A DNA stretch of 64,000 nt, taken from contig JAFCCO010000004.1 of the NCBI GenBank assembly GCA_017610175.1, positions 18,206 to 82,205 of the forward strand, read 5' to 3'. The notes beneath the pieces were generated by a model. The model did no database searches and was not told where the DNA came from. It was given only the letters and a program-made list of their open reading frames with translations. Positions 47,809 to 56,357 of this stretch are shown in pieces. Source of the stretch: Candidatus Iainarchaeum sp. (GTDB lineage Archaea; Iainarchaeota; Iainarchaeia; Iainarchaeales; GCA-2688035). Position numbers and translations under genes: made by a program. Position 1 is the first letter of the stretch. Each line of letters opens with the position of its first letter.

Positions 47809-48051
47809 GTGGCCAAAGCAGTAATCGATTTTCATGAGCGTCAGGACCGTATTCTGACTATTGTAAAGGGAAAGTACGGTTTGGGTAACAAGTCCGAAGC
47901 GGCTAATTTAATTGTCTCAAAATTTGAAGAGGCGTTTTTGGAGCCTGAGCTAAGGCCTGAATACAGGGAAGAGCTTCTGAAAGTAGATAAAGGCAAGTTC
48001 GAGAAATTTTCAAGCGTTAAAAAATTAAGAGCTGAGCTTGAAGATGCATGA
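47809..48051 (+). CDS. DUF2683-like antitoxin
   Basis: GGTGA SD + GTG; RILTIVKGKYGLGNKSEA, EPELRPEY; overlaps toxin. Confidence 0.8.
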   Translation: MAKAVIDFHERQDRILTIVKGKYGLGNKSEAANLIVSKFEEAFLEPELRPEYREELLKVDKGKFEKFSSVKKLRAELEDA

Positions 48052-48316
48052 ATTTGAAATAAGTGTTAAGCTTAAGCGGATTCTGAAGAAGCTTGTTAAA
48101 AAAAACAGGTTAAGGTACGAAGCCGCCCTTAAGAAGATTGATGAAATATGTTCCAGTCAGAACATAGGGCACTACAAAAACCTATCCTACGATATGAAGG
48201 AATTTAAGAGAGCCCATATTCTTTCCCATTTTGTTTTAATTTTCAAATTTGATGAAAAAACCAATAAAGTCAAATTTGAGGACCTGCAGCGTCATGACAA
48301 TATTTACAGAAGGTGA
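48044..48316 (+). CDS. RelE/ParE superfamily toxin
   Basis: HYKNLSYDMKEFKRAHI..HFVLIF...HDNIY. Confidence 0.85.
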   Translation: MHEFEISVKLKRILKKLVKKNRLRYEAALKKIDEICSSQNIGHYKNLSYDMKEFKRAHILSHFVLIFKFDEKTNKVKFEDLQRHDNIYRR

Positions 48317-48421
48317 ACCGGAATTAAACCCTCATCTTTCAACCAGGCTGGGCAAACCAGGGCCACACGTTTTTTTGCCAAAGCATTAAATTAAAAAAGA
48401 AAAGCACCTTTATTAGAATGA

Positions 48422-48982
48422 ATGGATTTGAAGAAACTTGGAAAGTATGCCGGCGGGCTTGCATTTTGTACCCTGTACAGGCTGCTGCGAATCTTTCCAA
48501 ACAACGACCCCATAATGGGGTTTGCGCTTCCCTACGCAAGGAAAAACAAGTGGTGGCAGGCTCTGTTGTTTCCGGTGCTTGCAATGGTATCATTTGACAT
48601 TATTACAATGCGTGTTGGCGTTTGGACAATCGGAACCGCCGGCACTTACGGATTGCTTGGCCTTCTTTTCTGGAAATATTTCCAAACCAAAAAGAGGGTT
48701 GGGCTGAAAACTTACGCAGGCGCAAGCATTGTAGGGGTTTTAATCTTTGATTTAATCACCGGACCCATAATGAGCAGCGCAATGTTTGGAATGCCGTTTG
48801 CAATCGCATTTGTCGGGCAAATCCCATTCACAATGGCACACCTTGCAAGCGCTACAGGATTCACGGTTCTTGTGGCGCCGGTTCTTGACCCGCAGTTGAG
48901 GGCAAGCCTGCAGGAAACATTTTATTCAAACATCAGAAAAACAGCAAACGCGGTTTCAACAATTGTTAAGGCGATGAGATGA
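48422..48982 (+). CDS. ECF transporter S component
   Basis: RIFPNNDPI motif, ~6 TM helices, PFTMAH. Confidence 0.7.
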   Translation: MDLKKLGKYAGGLAFCTLYRLLRIFPNNDPIMGFALPYARKNKWWQALLFPVLAMVSFDIITMRVGVWTIGTAGTYGLLGLLFWKYFQTKKRVGLKTYAGASIVGVLIFDLITGPIMSSAMFGMPFAIAFVGQIPFTMAHLASATGFTVLVAPVLDPQLRASLQETFYSNIRKTANAVSTIVKAMR

Positions 48983-49392
48983 AATTTTTTGAAAAAACCT
49001 TTCTTGCGGCAATTGCTTTGCTGCTTATTTCAACGGCAGGCTGTGTTCAGGAGAACGCAACCGCACCAACAGGGGCCGCAGAGGGAAATGCAGTAATCAC
49101 ACACCTGTACACCGGCACAGACGGTGGCATTATTTCAATTGAGATTATTGAGACAGAAATTGGCTCAAACGCATTTAATGCAATTAAAGAAAACGTTGAC
49201 ATTGAATTTGATGAGTTTGATTTCGGGGTAATGGTTAATTCCATTGCAGGAACCCCTGCACCCGAAGGGCATTACCTTGGCCTCTACATTAACGGGGAAT
49301 ATGCAAGCAAAGGAATTGCGGATTACACCGTTGAAGAGAACATGCTTATCGAGTGGAAAACAGAGAAAATAGAGGACTTTGGCCTGGAGTGA
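48979..49392 (+). CDS. DUF4430 (transcobalamin-like C-terminal domain) lipoprotein
   Basis: Lipobox TAGC; FGVMVNSIAG, LYINGEYASKGIADY, IEW. Confidence 0.8.
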   Translation: MKFFEKTFLAAIALLLISTAGCVQENATAPTGAAEGNAVITHLYTGTDGGIISIEIIETEIGSNAFNAIKENVDIEFDEFDFGVMVNSIAGTPAPEGHYLGLYINGEYASKGIADYTVEENMLIEWKTEKIEDFGLE

Positions 49393-49441
49393 TTCGGGTT
49401 AGGCAACGATTTTTAAACCCTATCTTTCTTCTTTAGTATGA

Positions 49442-49714
49442 ATGCCTTTTGATGAGTTCAGTTTTGTTTTAAGGGGACGCAATCGAAGAAATATCCTTCG
49501 CGCCTTTTTACAGGAGAAGATGACTGCCGTGCAGATTAGCAAGGCTTTAAGCATCCCCTCCTCAAACGTTGCGAGAAACATTGTGGAACTTAGGGACAGA
49601 AAGCTTATAGTGGCCCTTACAAAGGAAAGGAAGTTCAGATTCTACAAGATTACTCCCAAAGGCAGGAAAGTGCTTAAGGAAGTTGAAAGAATCAGAAAAA
49701 TGCTTCAAAAATAA
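49442..49714 (+). CDS. Winged-helix (ArsR/MarR-like) regulator
   Basis: RRNILRAF, SNVARNIVEL, YKITPKGR. Confidence 0.85.
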   Translation: MPFDEFSFVLRGRNRRNILRAFLQEKMTAVQISKALSIPSSNVARNIVELRDRKLIVALTKERKFRFYKITPKGRKVLKEVERIRKMLQK

Positions 49715-49716
49715 GC

Positions 49717-50079
49717 CTAAGCCTTAAGTATTTCGTTCACTTTTTCCAGAAATTCATCAGCACTGAATGGCTTGCGGATGTATGCAACAAGCCCCTTTTT
49801 TGAGAGCTCTTTCTTCCTTGCCTCACTAATTTCCAGCACACTGATGAATGCAACCTTTTGCTTTTTGTTTTTCTTCATTATTTTGTTGAAAACATCCCAG
49901 CCGCTTAAGTCAGGCATCATAATATCCACAAGAACAAGGTCGGGCTTTTCGCCCTGCATTGCCTTAAGGCAGTCACTTCCGTCCTTTACCGCAGTTACCT
50001 TGTGCCCCTTTTCCTCAAGCACGTGCACTATTAGGTCACGGATGTCCTTTTCGTTATCGCATGCAACAATTTTTGCCAT
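49717..50079 (-). CDS. Stand-alone response regulator receiver
   Basis: ACDNE, VDIMMP, ISV, KPF. Confidence 0.9.
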   Translation of the reverse strand: MAKIVACDNEKDIRDLIVHVLEEKGHKVTAVKDGSDCLKAMQGEKPDLVLVDIMMPDLSGWDVFNKIMKKNKKQKVAFISVLEISEARKKELSKKGLVAYIRKPFSADEFLEKVNEILKA

Positions 50080-50124
50080 AATACCACTCCTTTTGCCCCT
50101 CTAACTATTACAACCAAGCAGTAT

Positions 50125-52827
50125 TTAATCCTTACTTCGTACTTTTGGTTTGCCTGAAACGCAAGATTTTTCTGCAATCTTTTCAGCAGTAACGTTTCTT
50201 GCACTTATAAAAACCATTGGCTGCCCTACAATTGTAATTACCTTTGCATTTGTTTTAAAGTGCTGGTACTTTTTACCGTCGTGCCGGTACCTGTATTCAA
50301 GTCCGACTATTGACTTTTTGTTTTTCAGCAGCCCTGCCCAGGCCTTGACAACTGCCGCCTTGTCTTCAGGGTGAATTTGGGGAAATGAGTCCGGTCCCGG
50401 CAATTTTGACCCGAATATTTTTTTCCAAGCATTGTTGGCCCAGATAGTTTTTGCCTTAAGGTCTGTTATTGAAATCAGGTCGTGTGAACCCTCAGCCAGT
50501 TTCCTGAACTTTTCCTCACTTTCCTTTAATTGTTCTTCGGCTTGCTTTTTTTCCGTGACATCCCTAGATACCCCTTCTAACCCAATAATTTTGCCTTTTT
50601 TGTCGTATACCGAAGTGAAAGTGAATTCCTCATAAACTATATGGCCGTCTTTGTGGAATTGCCTTAACTCAAATCTCTTTGGGGGTGCTCTTCCTTTTTG
50701 CAAGTCCAGAATCATCTTTTCTATTTTTGGCAGGTCATCAGGGTGAGTTATTTTCCTGTAAAATAGAGGGTCATTGTAATAGTTTTCAGGAGTGTATCCT
50801 AAAAGTCTTTTCACAGACGGACTAATAAAGGTATATCCTTTTTCTAAATCCAGCCTGAACATGACATCCAAGGAATTAGTTATTAGAAAACTCAGTTTCT
50901 TTTCGCTTTCCCTTAATTTCTTTTCAGCCTTCTGTTGCTCGGTTACATTGTTCCCGATTGCAATCAATCCAGTGACCTTTCCATTTTTATCTTTTAGAAC
51001 TTTATCAGCCCATTCAATCTGAATTTCTTTTCCTTTTTTTGTAATAATTGGGTTAGTGTTTATTTGTGGTTTTGTTGCTTTTAATCTTCTTTTGAAAATT
51101 TTTCTAATTTTATTATAATCCTGTTTGGGCAAAAAAGTGGTAAACCAATCTTTTCCCTTTACTTCTTCTAATTTGTAGCCTGACACCTTTTCCATATACG
51201 GGTTAAACTTAACAATTTTCCCACCAGGATCTAAAACAAGCAGTATTGCTTGCGCAGTATCAATTATGCCCTCAGAAAAGTCTTTTTCTTTTTTCAAATC
51301 CTCTGCTGTTTTCTTTCTCTCAGTTATGTCCCTTGCGATTGCCATCGCAGTGTATTCGTCTGCAGATTCCCTGACTGAAACCGCAAGCTCAATAGCGACT
51401 TTTCTCCCCTCCTTTGCAAGCACGTTGGTTTCGATTGGTGTTTCAGAGAGGGTGCCCTTTCCAACAGCAATAAGGGACGCAAGCTTCTGCTCCATTTCAG
51501 AAACAGTTTTCTCGGAAAAAAGTGAAAGCACGCTTTTTCCCACCATTTCGCTTTCACTGTATCCAAATACCTGTTTTGCCGACGGGTTCCAGGTTGTGAT
51601 TATGAGACCTGAGTCAAATGAGAATATGGGGTCAACAGAGATTTGGACAATGTTTAAATACTTTTTCTCCGCCTCTTTCTTTGCCTTTACTGCTTCACCT
51701 AACCCAATTTCTTCCTTGGACATTCCTGTTCTAACAATTGCAAGCTTGAGGCTTGCAAGAACCCTGCTGAATGAATTGGAGAGTTGCTGAATTTCGTTAA
51801 CGCGGCTCTTTTCAAGTTTGACATCAAAGTTTCCCTTTGTTATTTTCTCAACAGCTTTTGAGAGCTTGATTAAGGGGGTTGAAACAACAACTGAGAGAAT
51901 GAATCCGATTATTGCGCTAATTAGCCCTGCAAACAATAGCGCAAACAAGATGAACGCACGAATTCTTTCAAAAGGCTCGAATGCTTCGCTTGAATCCCTT
52001 TTGACAACAAGCCCCCAGTCAACCAGCTCAACGTATTTGGTAACTGCAAAAACCAATTCGCCACGATAATCTCTGTATTCAATGAAAAGGTCTTCTTTCC
52101 CAAGCAGAGCCTGTGTAATTGGCACATTAAGCCATTCTTTTCCAACACGCCGGGTGAATGCGGCGTCCTTGTCAAATCTTAAGGGGGTAATAAAGAGCGC
52201 GGCGCCGTCCTCAGCCCTCATTGCAATGACTGTTTCTCCGCTTTTTCCCACCCCGCTGTAATCGCTTACGACCGAAAGAATTCTTTCAGCATCTGCCTCA
52301 ACCAAAAGCACGGCAATTGTTTTGTTTTCAGACACAATTGGCCCTGCAACCAGCAGAAGAGTTTGCCCTTCGTCCCCCTGCATTACTGTAATGCTTATCT
52401 CTTCAAGCCCACTAGTAAAAAATTCTTCGCCCTTACAGCTTTGCCCTTCCTGCATTGCATCGGTCGATACCACAACCTGCCCGTCAAAATCAATTACGCA
52501 CAATCTCCTAAACTTAGAAACAGATTCCTTTGCATCCAAAAGCAGGGTCTTAACAAACTCTTTGTCTTCAGGCTCTTCTTTCTCAAAATAAATTGAGAGA
52601 TGCTGCGAGAATGGGGAATTGATGGAAATCAGTTCAACTCCCTCAATGTAATCATTCAATGCCTCGTTAAGCCTTGCCACCTGAATTGATGAAACATATT
52701 CAAGTTCTGCATTCACACACTCCAAAGCGTTTTCCTCTGTAGCCTGCAGGATTGCAAAGCCAACAAAAGCCATGGGCACAACTGCAAGAAGCACAAATGC
52801 CACAACCAAAATTAGCCTAAGCTTCAT
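50125..52827 (-). CDS. Membrane sensor: TM-Cache-TM-HAMP-4xPAS, no kinase domain
   Basis: DYRG..V..DWGLVVK Cache, HAMP, four PAS/PAC units ending RDITE/NNVTE/RDVTE/RNVTA. Confidence 0.85.
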   Translation of the reverse strand: MKLRLILVVAFVLLAVVPMAFVGFAILQATEENALECVNAELEYVSSIQVARLNEALNDYIEGVELISINSPFSQHLSIYFEKEEPEDKEFVKTLLLDAKESVSKFRRLCVIDFDGQVVVSTDAMQEGQSCKGEEFFTSGLEEISITVMQGDEGQTLLLVAGPIVSENKTIAVLLVEADAERILSVVSDYSGVGKSGETVIAMRAEDGAALFITPLRFDKDAAFTRRVGKEWLNVPITQALLGKEDLFIEYRDYRGELVFAVTKYVELVDWGLVVKRDSSEAFEPFERIRAFILFALLFAGLISAIIGFILSVVVSTPLIKLSKAVEKITKGNFDVKLEKSRVNEIQQLSNSFSRVLASLKLAIVRTGMSKEEIGLGEAVKAKKEAEKKYLNIVQISVDPIFSFDSGLIITTWNPSAKQVFGYSESEMVGKSVLSLFSEKTVSEMEQKLASLIAVGKGTLSETPIETNVLAKEGRKVAIELAVSVRESADEYTAMAIARDITERKKTAEDLKKEKDFSEGIIDTAQAILLVLDPGGKIVKFNPYMEKVSGYKLEEVKGKDWFTTFLPKQDYNKIRKIFKRRLKATKPQINTNPIITKKGKEIQIEWADKVLKDKNGKVTGLIAIGNNVTEQQKAEKKLRESEKKLSFLITNSLDVMFRLDLEKGYTFISPSVKRLLGYTPENYYNDPLFYRKITHPDDLPKIEKMILDLQKGRAPPKRFELRQFHKDGHIVYEEFTFTSVYDKKGKIIGLEGVSRDVTEKKQAEEQLKESEEKFRKLAEGSHDLISITDLKAKTIWANNAWKKIFGSKLPGPDSFPQIHPEDKAAVVKAWAGLLKNKKSIVGLEYRYRHDGKKYQHFKTNAKVITIVGQPMVFISARNVTAEKIAEKSCVSGKPKVRSKD

Positions 52828-54937
52828 TGCCCACCCCCTTGCTTTTTTTGGGCTTGCCCTTGCCTGCCTTGTTTTCTTCCGCTTTTTTGGCCGGCTCTGC
52901 GGGCTTCTCTGTTTCAAATATTTTGCGAATCCTTGAGAGGATTTCCCCCGCCTGCTCATCGCTTAAAACCCCGCTGCTTTGCAGTTCAGCCACATAGTCT
53001 GAAAGGGACTTGTACCTTAGTCCCTTAACCCTTATCTGCTCAAACTCCTCGTCCCCAAGTGCACCAAGGTATTCGACAAAAACCTGCCTGATTTTCTTTT
53101 CCACATCCTCTTTGGGTGAGAAAAGCAGCTTGATTGGCAGGATTTCCCTAACCGGTTTCAGAGGGACGGTGAAGTAGAAAGTGCTTCCCTTCCCCTTCTC
53201 GCTCTCCACCCAGATTTTTCCGCCCTGGGACTCAATTATGCCGCGGCAGATGGTAAGCCCAAGCCCTGTTCCCCTGAATTTTCTGTAAATTGTCTGCTCT
53301 TCCTGGAAAAATGGCTCGAAAACCCTGGCAAGGTTTTCAGGCAAAATGCCCGCCCCCTGATCCTTTACACTGAATGCGATTCCGCTTCGCTTCAGTTCTG
53401 CCTTAATTGTTATTGTGCTTTTGGGAGGGGAAAACTTTTTTGCATTGTTTACAATGTTTCGCAGAACCTGCATTGCCCTGTCGGGATCAACCTCAATTTT
53501 GGGAAGCTTGCCAACTTGGAGGTTTAGTTTAATCTGCTTTTCAGGCAGGAAGGCATCCATTTCCTTAACCAAGTCTTGAACGGGGGCTGTTAGGCTTGCG
53601 TGCACAAAGTTGAACTTAAGCCTTGCCGCCTCAATTCTTGATATTTCAAGGAAGTCAAAAATTATCTTGTCAAGGCGGGTTGTGTTTCTAAGAATTATTT
53701 CCAAAGAATCGCGCTGCTTCCTGGGGATTTTCCCAAAGTAACCCTCCAAAAGCATCTGCAGCTGCGCCCTCATCGGAGTCATCGGGCTTCGCAGTTCGTG
53801 CGAGGTTATGGAGAGGAATTCTGTTTTTGCCTTCTCCAGCTGTTTTCGCTGCGACTCCATTTTATCAAGTGCCGAGGTTGTTTTGTTAAATGCATTCCCA
53901 AGCTGCTCCATTTCATCGCCTGTCCCTATATTGACCCTTGTGGAAAAATCCCCCTGCTCAACCTTTTCGGTTGCGTCGTGAAGCTGCTTCAATGGCTCGG
54001 AAAGGGATCTTGCAAAGAACCATGTTGCGGAAACCGAAATTATCAGAACAATCAAAAGCACAAGAAGAACCTGGTTGCGCAGCTCAAACACCAAGCCAAA
54101 AACAACCTCCTCCGGAATGTGAACCAACAGAACCCAATCGTTTCCCTCAAAATCAAGGTGCCCTTGTTCGCGTGCAAACACAGCCATGTAAGGTATCTCA
54201 TCATGTGTGTGCCTGCTTCCCCTGCTCTCACCCTCAACAAACTGAATCTCGCTTGGGTATGTAAAGAAAATGTTTTCAGTAAGTATTCCCCTCTGGTTGT
54301 GGTTTGAAAACAGGATTAGGCCGTCGCTGTCAATTAAGTCAATCAGTATTGATTCCTCTATTTCCTTTCCATCCCCTTTTGCAACATCTGAAATTATTTC
54401 AAAAAGTCTTGCAAGCGGAACTCTTGAAACAACCAGGCCAAAGGCTTCATTGTTTTCATCCCGTACCTTTGCCGCAAAGTAAAGCATGGTGTCATCCAAC
54501 TGCTCGGAGCGGTAGAAGCCAATTGGACTGTCTTCCCCGCGCGCAACATCCCTCCAGTAGCCTGAGGCAGAGTGCTGCCCCCCAAGCCCGATTCCTGTTG
54601 TGCCCGCAACCCTCACTCGGTTGAGGTCAAAGAGGGTGATGGACGAATAAGTTTTGTAAATGTCCCTGTAGAAAATCAGGCGCTCAGTTATTTCCTTTGG
54701 CGTTGAGTCCCTTGAGGCTATTATGTTATCAGTTGACATAACCTGTATGTCTGCACGCCTTTCGTAGAGGGTTCTGTCGAGCTTGTCAATGGTTTGAACT
54801 GCACGGCCCTCAAACTCCCCAATTATTTTCTCTTCAAGAATCTCAATTGACGCACTGTAAATCGGAAAGAAGACGGCGATGCTTGTAAACAGCACAAGCC
54901 CCACAAGCAAGGCAACAAGTTTTGTAGCAAACTTCAT
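52817..54937 (-). CDS. Sensor histidine kinase (Cache-HAMP-HisKA-HATPase) with C-terminal extension
   Basis: SHELRSPMT, NIVNNAKKF, DQGAGI, GTGLGL, GKGSTF. Confidence 0.95.
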   Translation of the reverse strand: MKFATKLVALLVGLVLFTSIAVFFPIYSASIEILEEKIIGEFEGRAVQTIDKLDRTLYERRADIQVMSTDNIIASRDSTPKEITERLIFYRDIYKTYSSITLFDLNRVRVAGTTGIGLGGQHSASGYWRDVARGEDSPIGFYRSEQLDDTMLYFAAKVRDENNEAFGLVVSRVPLARLFEIISDVAKGDGKEIEESILIDLIDSDGLILFSNHNQRGILTENIFFTYPSEIQFVEGESRGSRHTHDEIPYMAVFAREQGHLDFEGNDWVLLVHIPEEVVFGLVFELRNQVLLVLLIVLIISVSATWFFARSLSEPLKQLHDATEKVEQGDFSTRVNIGTGDEMEQLGNAFNKTTSALDKMESQRKQLEKAKTEFLSITSHELRSPMTPMRAQLQMLLEGYFGKIPRKQRDSLEIILRNTTRLDKIIFDFLEISRIEAARLKFNFVHASLTAPVQDLVKEMDAFLPEKQIKLNLQVGKLPKIEVDPDRAMQVLRNIVNNAKKFSPPKSTITIKAELKRSGIAFSVKDQGAGILPENLARVFEPFFQEEQTIYRKFRGTGLGLTICRGIIESQGGKIWVESEKGKGSTFYFTVPLKPVREILPIKLLFSPKEDVEKKIRQVFVEYLGALGDEEFEQIRVKGLRYKSLSDYVAELQSSGVLSDEQAGEILSRIRKIFETEKPAEPAKKAEENKAGKGKPKKSKGVGNEA

Positions 54938-54938
54938 T

Positions 54939-55244
54939 CTAGCCTGCCTCCATCAAAGTGCCCACAATTGAAGCCTCAAGAGCTTCACGCGGAATTTTTG
55001 TTCGCTTTGGCATTATTTCCATTGCCTCTTCACGGTTTGAAATTGCAAATTCCCTTGCCTCAAAAAGTGACTTAACGATTGCAGTTATTTCAGGTTTTCT
55101 TTCATCCAAAACAGATGGCCGGAATGCAAGAACATCGGCAATTATTCCGGAAACATCCCTTGCTGTCCCAATCATATTATAGGCTTGCGCGATGGCCTGT
55201 GATTTTGCTGGGTCCCCAAGCACTGCAACAAACTGCCTGTTCAA
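54939..55244 (-). pseudogene. C-terminal fragment of an NMT1/SsuA-type substrate-binding protein
   Basis: GIIADVLAFR...IVKSLFEAREF..NREEAMEIM; no signal peptide or N-terminal lobe. Confidence 0.5.
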
Positions 55245-55604
55245 TCAAGTCTCCCCAACAATTTTTGAAACCCGCTCAAGCAGTTCCTTTACGTCAAACG
55301 GTTTCTGAATAAAGTCAACAACGTTTGCACTGCCGAGAAGCTTTTCCTTCTCGGCTTCAGTCGGCCTTACTGCCGTAAGGTATGCGACCTTAATGCCATT
55401 TAGCTTCGGAATGATTTCCCCAACAGGTGTCCCCGGCATCATAACGTCGAGAAGGATGAGTGCGGGAGTAAATCTCTTGATTTTCTCAAGGCAATCGTCG
55501 CCGTTGATTGCGGTAACAACCTCAAAACCGCCGCTTTCAAGAACAATTTTGATTGTTTCAAGAATATCCGGCTCGTCGTCAACAACCATAATCATTTTAG
55601 ACAT
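55245..55604 (-). CDS. Stand-alone response regulator receiver
   Basis: VVDDEP, LDVMMP, LTAV, QKPF. Confidence 0.92.
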   Translation of the reverse strand: MSKMIMVVDDEPDILETIKIVLESGGFEVVTAINGDDCLEKIKRFTPALILLDVMMPGTPVGEIIPKLNGIKVAYLTAVRPTEAEKEKLLGSANVVDFIQKPFDVKELLERVSKIVGET

Positions 55605-55894
55605 CTCCGCCCCCCCTTTAATAAATCAAATAAATAGAATTAGTTTTTGTGCTATATTAAGGTTTCCTTGCGTGCAAATAGAAAAAAAGGAGCTGAATTC
55701 CGGGGGCGAGGGCAGGCAAAAAACCTTTTTCAAAATCCTTTACCAACCCCCAATGTAAATTGTTTAAACTTATATATAAAGCTTATGTTTTTGATAGCTT
55801 TTTTGATAGGAAGATACTTAATTTTGGCGGGAAATATTTAAGGAAGTATTTTAAACAACAAAGAACAATTATTGGTCAAAAGAAAAGCAGGTGA

Positions 55895-56269
55895 ATGAAA
55901 TTGGCGAAAAAGGTTTTGATTGTCGACGACGAAGATGATGTTTGCAGCACAGTAAAGGAAATGGTGAAAAACAACGGCTTTGAGGCCGAAACAGCGAAAA
56001 GTGCCGAAGAGGCACTTGAAGTGCTTAAGCATAAAAAATTCGATTTGGTGCTAATGGATATTTACATGCCAGGCATGGCCGGAACAGAGGCTGTGGAGGC
56101 AATGAGGGACGACCCAAAGCTCAAGGACCAGAAGGTTGCGTTCCTCACGGTCGCAAAGGTGGTGGATGTTGGAAAGGAACTTATTGAAAGACTTAAGCCA
56201 GCCGATTACATCCAAAAACCTCTTGACTTTGAGGACTTCTCCAAAAGGCTGAAAAAGCTTCTCGAATAA
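55895..56269 (+). CDS. Stand-alone response regulator receiver
   Basis: IVDDE, MDIYMP, LTV, QKP; GGTGA SD. Confidence 0.92.
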   Translation: MKLAKKVLIVDDEDDVCSTVKEMVKNNGFEAETAKSAEEALEVLKHKKFDLVLMDIYMPGMAGTEAVEAMRDDPKLKDQKVAFLTVAKVVDVGKELIERLKPADYIQKPLDFEDFSKRLKKLLE

Positions 56270-56357
56270 ATAAAAAAAGCACAATTATTCTCACTATCAA
56301 TTCCCTGCAAAAGGCAATAGGAAAACTATAAATATACTAATTCTCTAATAGAATAGA

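Noticed and set aside
52828-52959. Basic N-terminal extension on the 944-aa sensor ORF
   Set aside because: It overlaps the kinase 3' end; ATG 52827 directly precedes the first TM helix
55242-55250. In-frame TGA as selenocysteine or recoding
   Set aside because: It falls at the normal end of a receiver domain, TGA is a regular stop elsewhere in the window, and no SECIS-like element was seen
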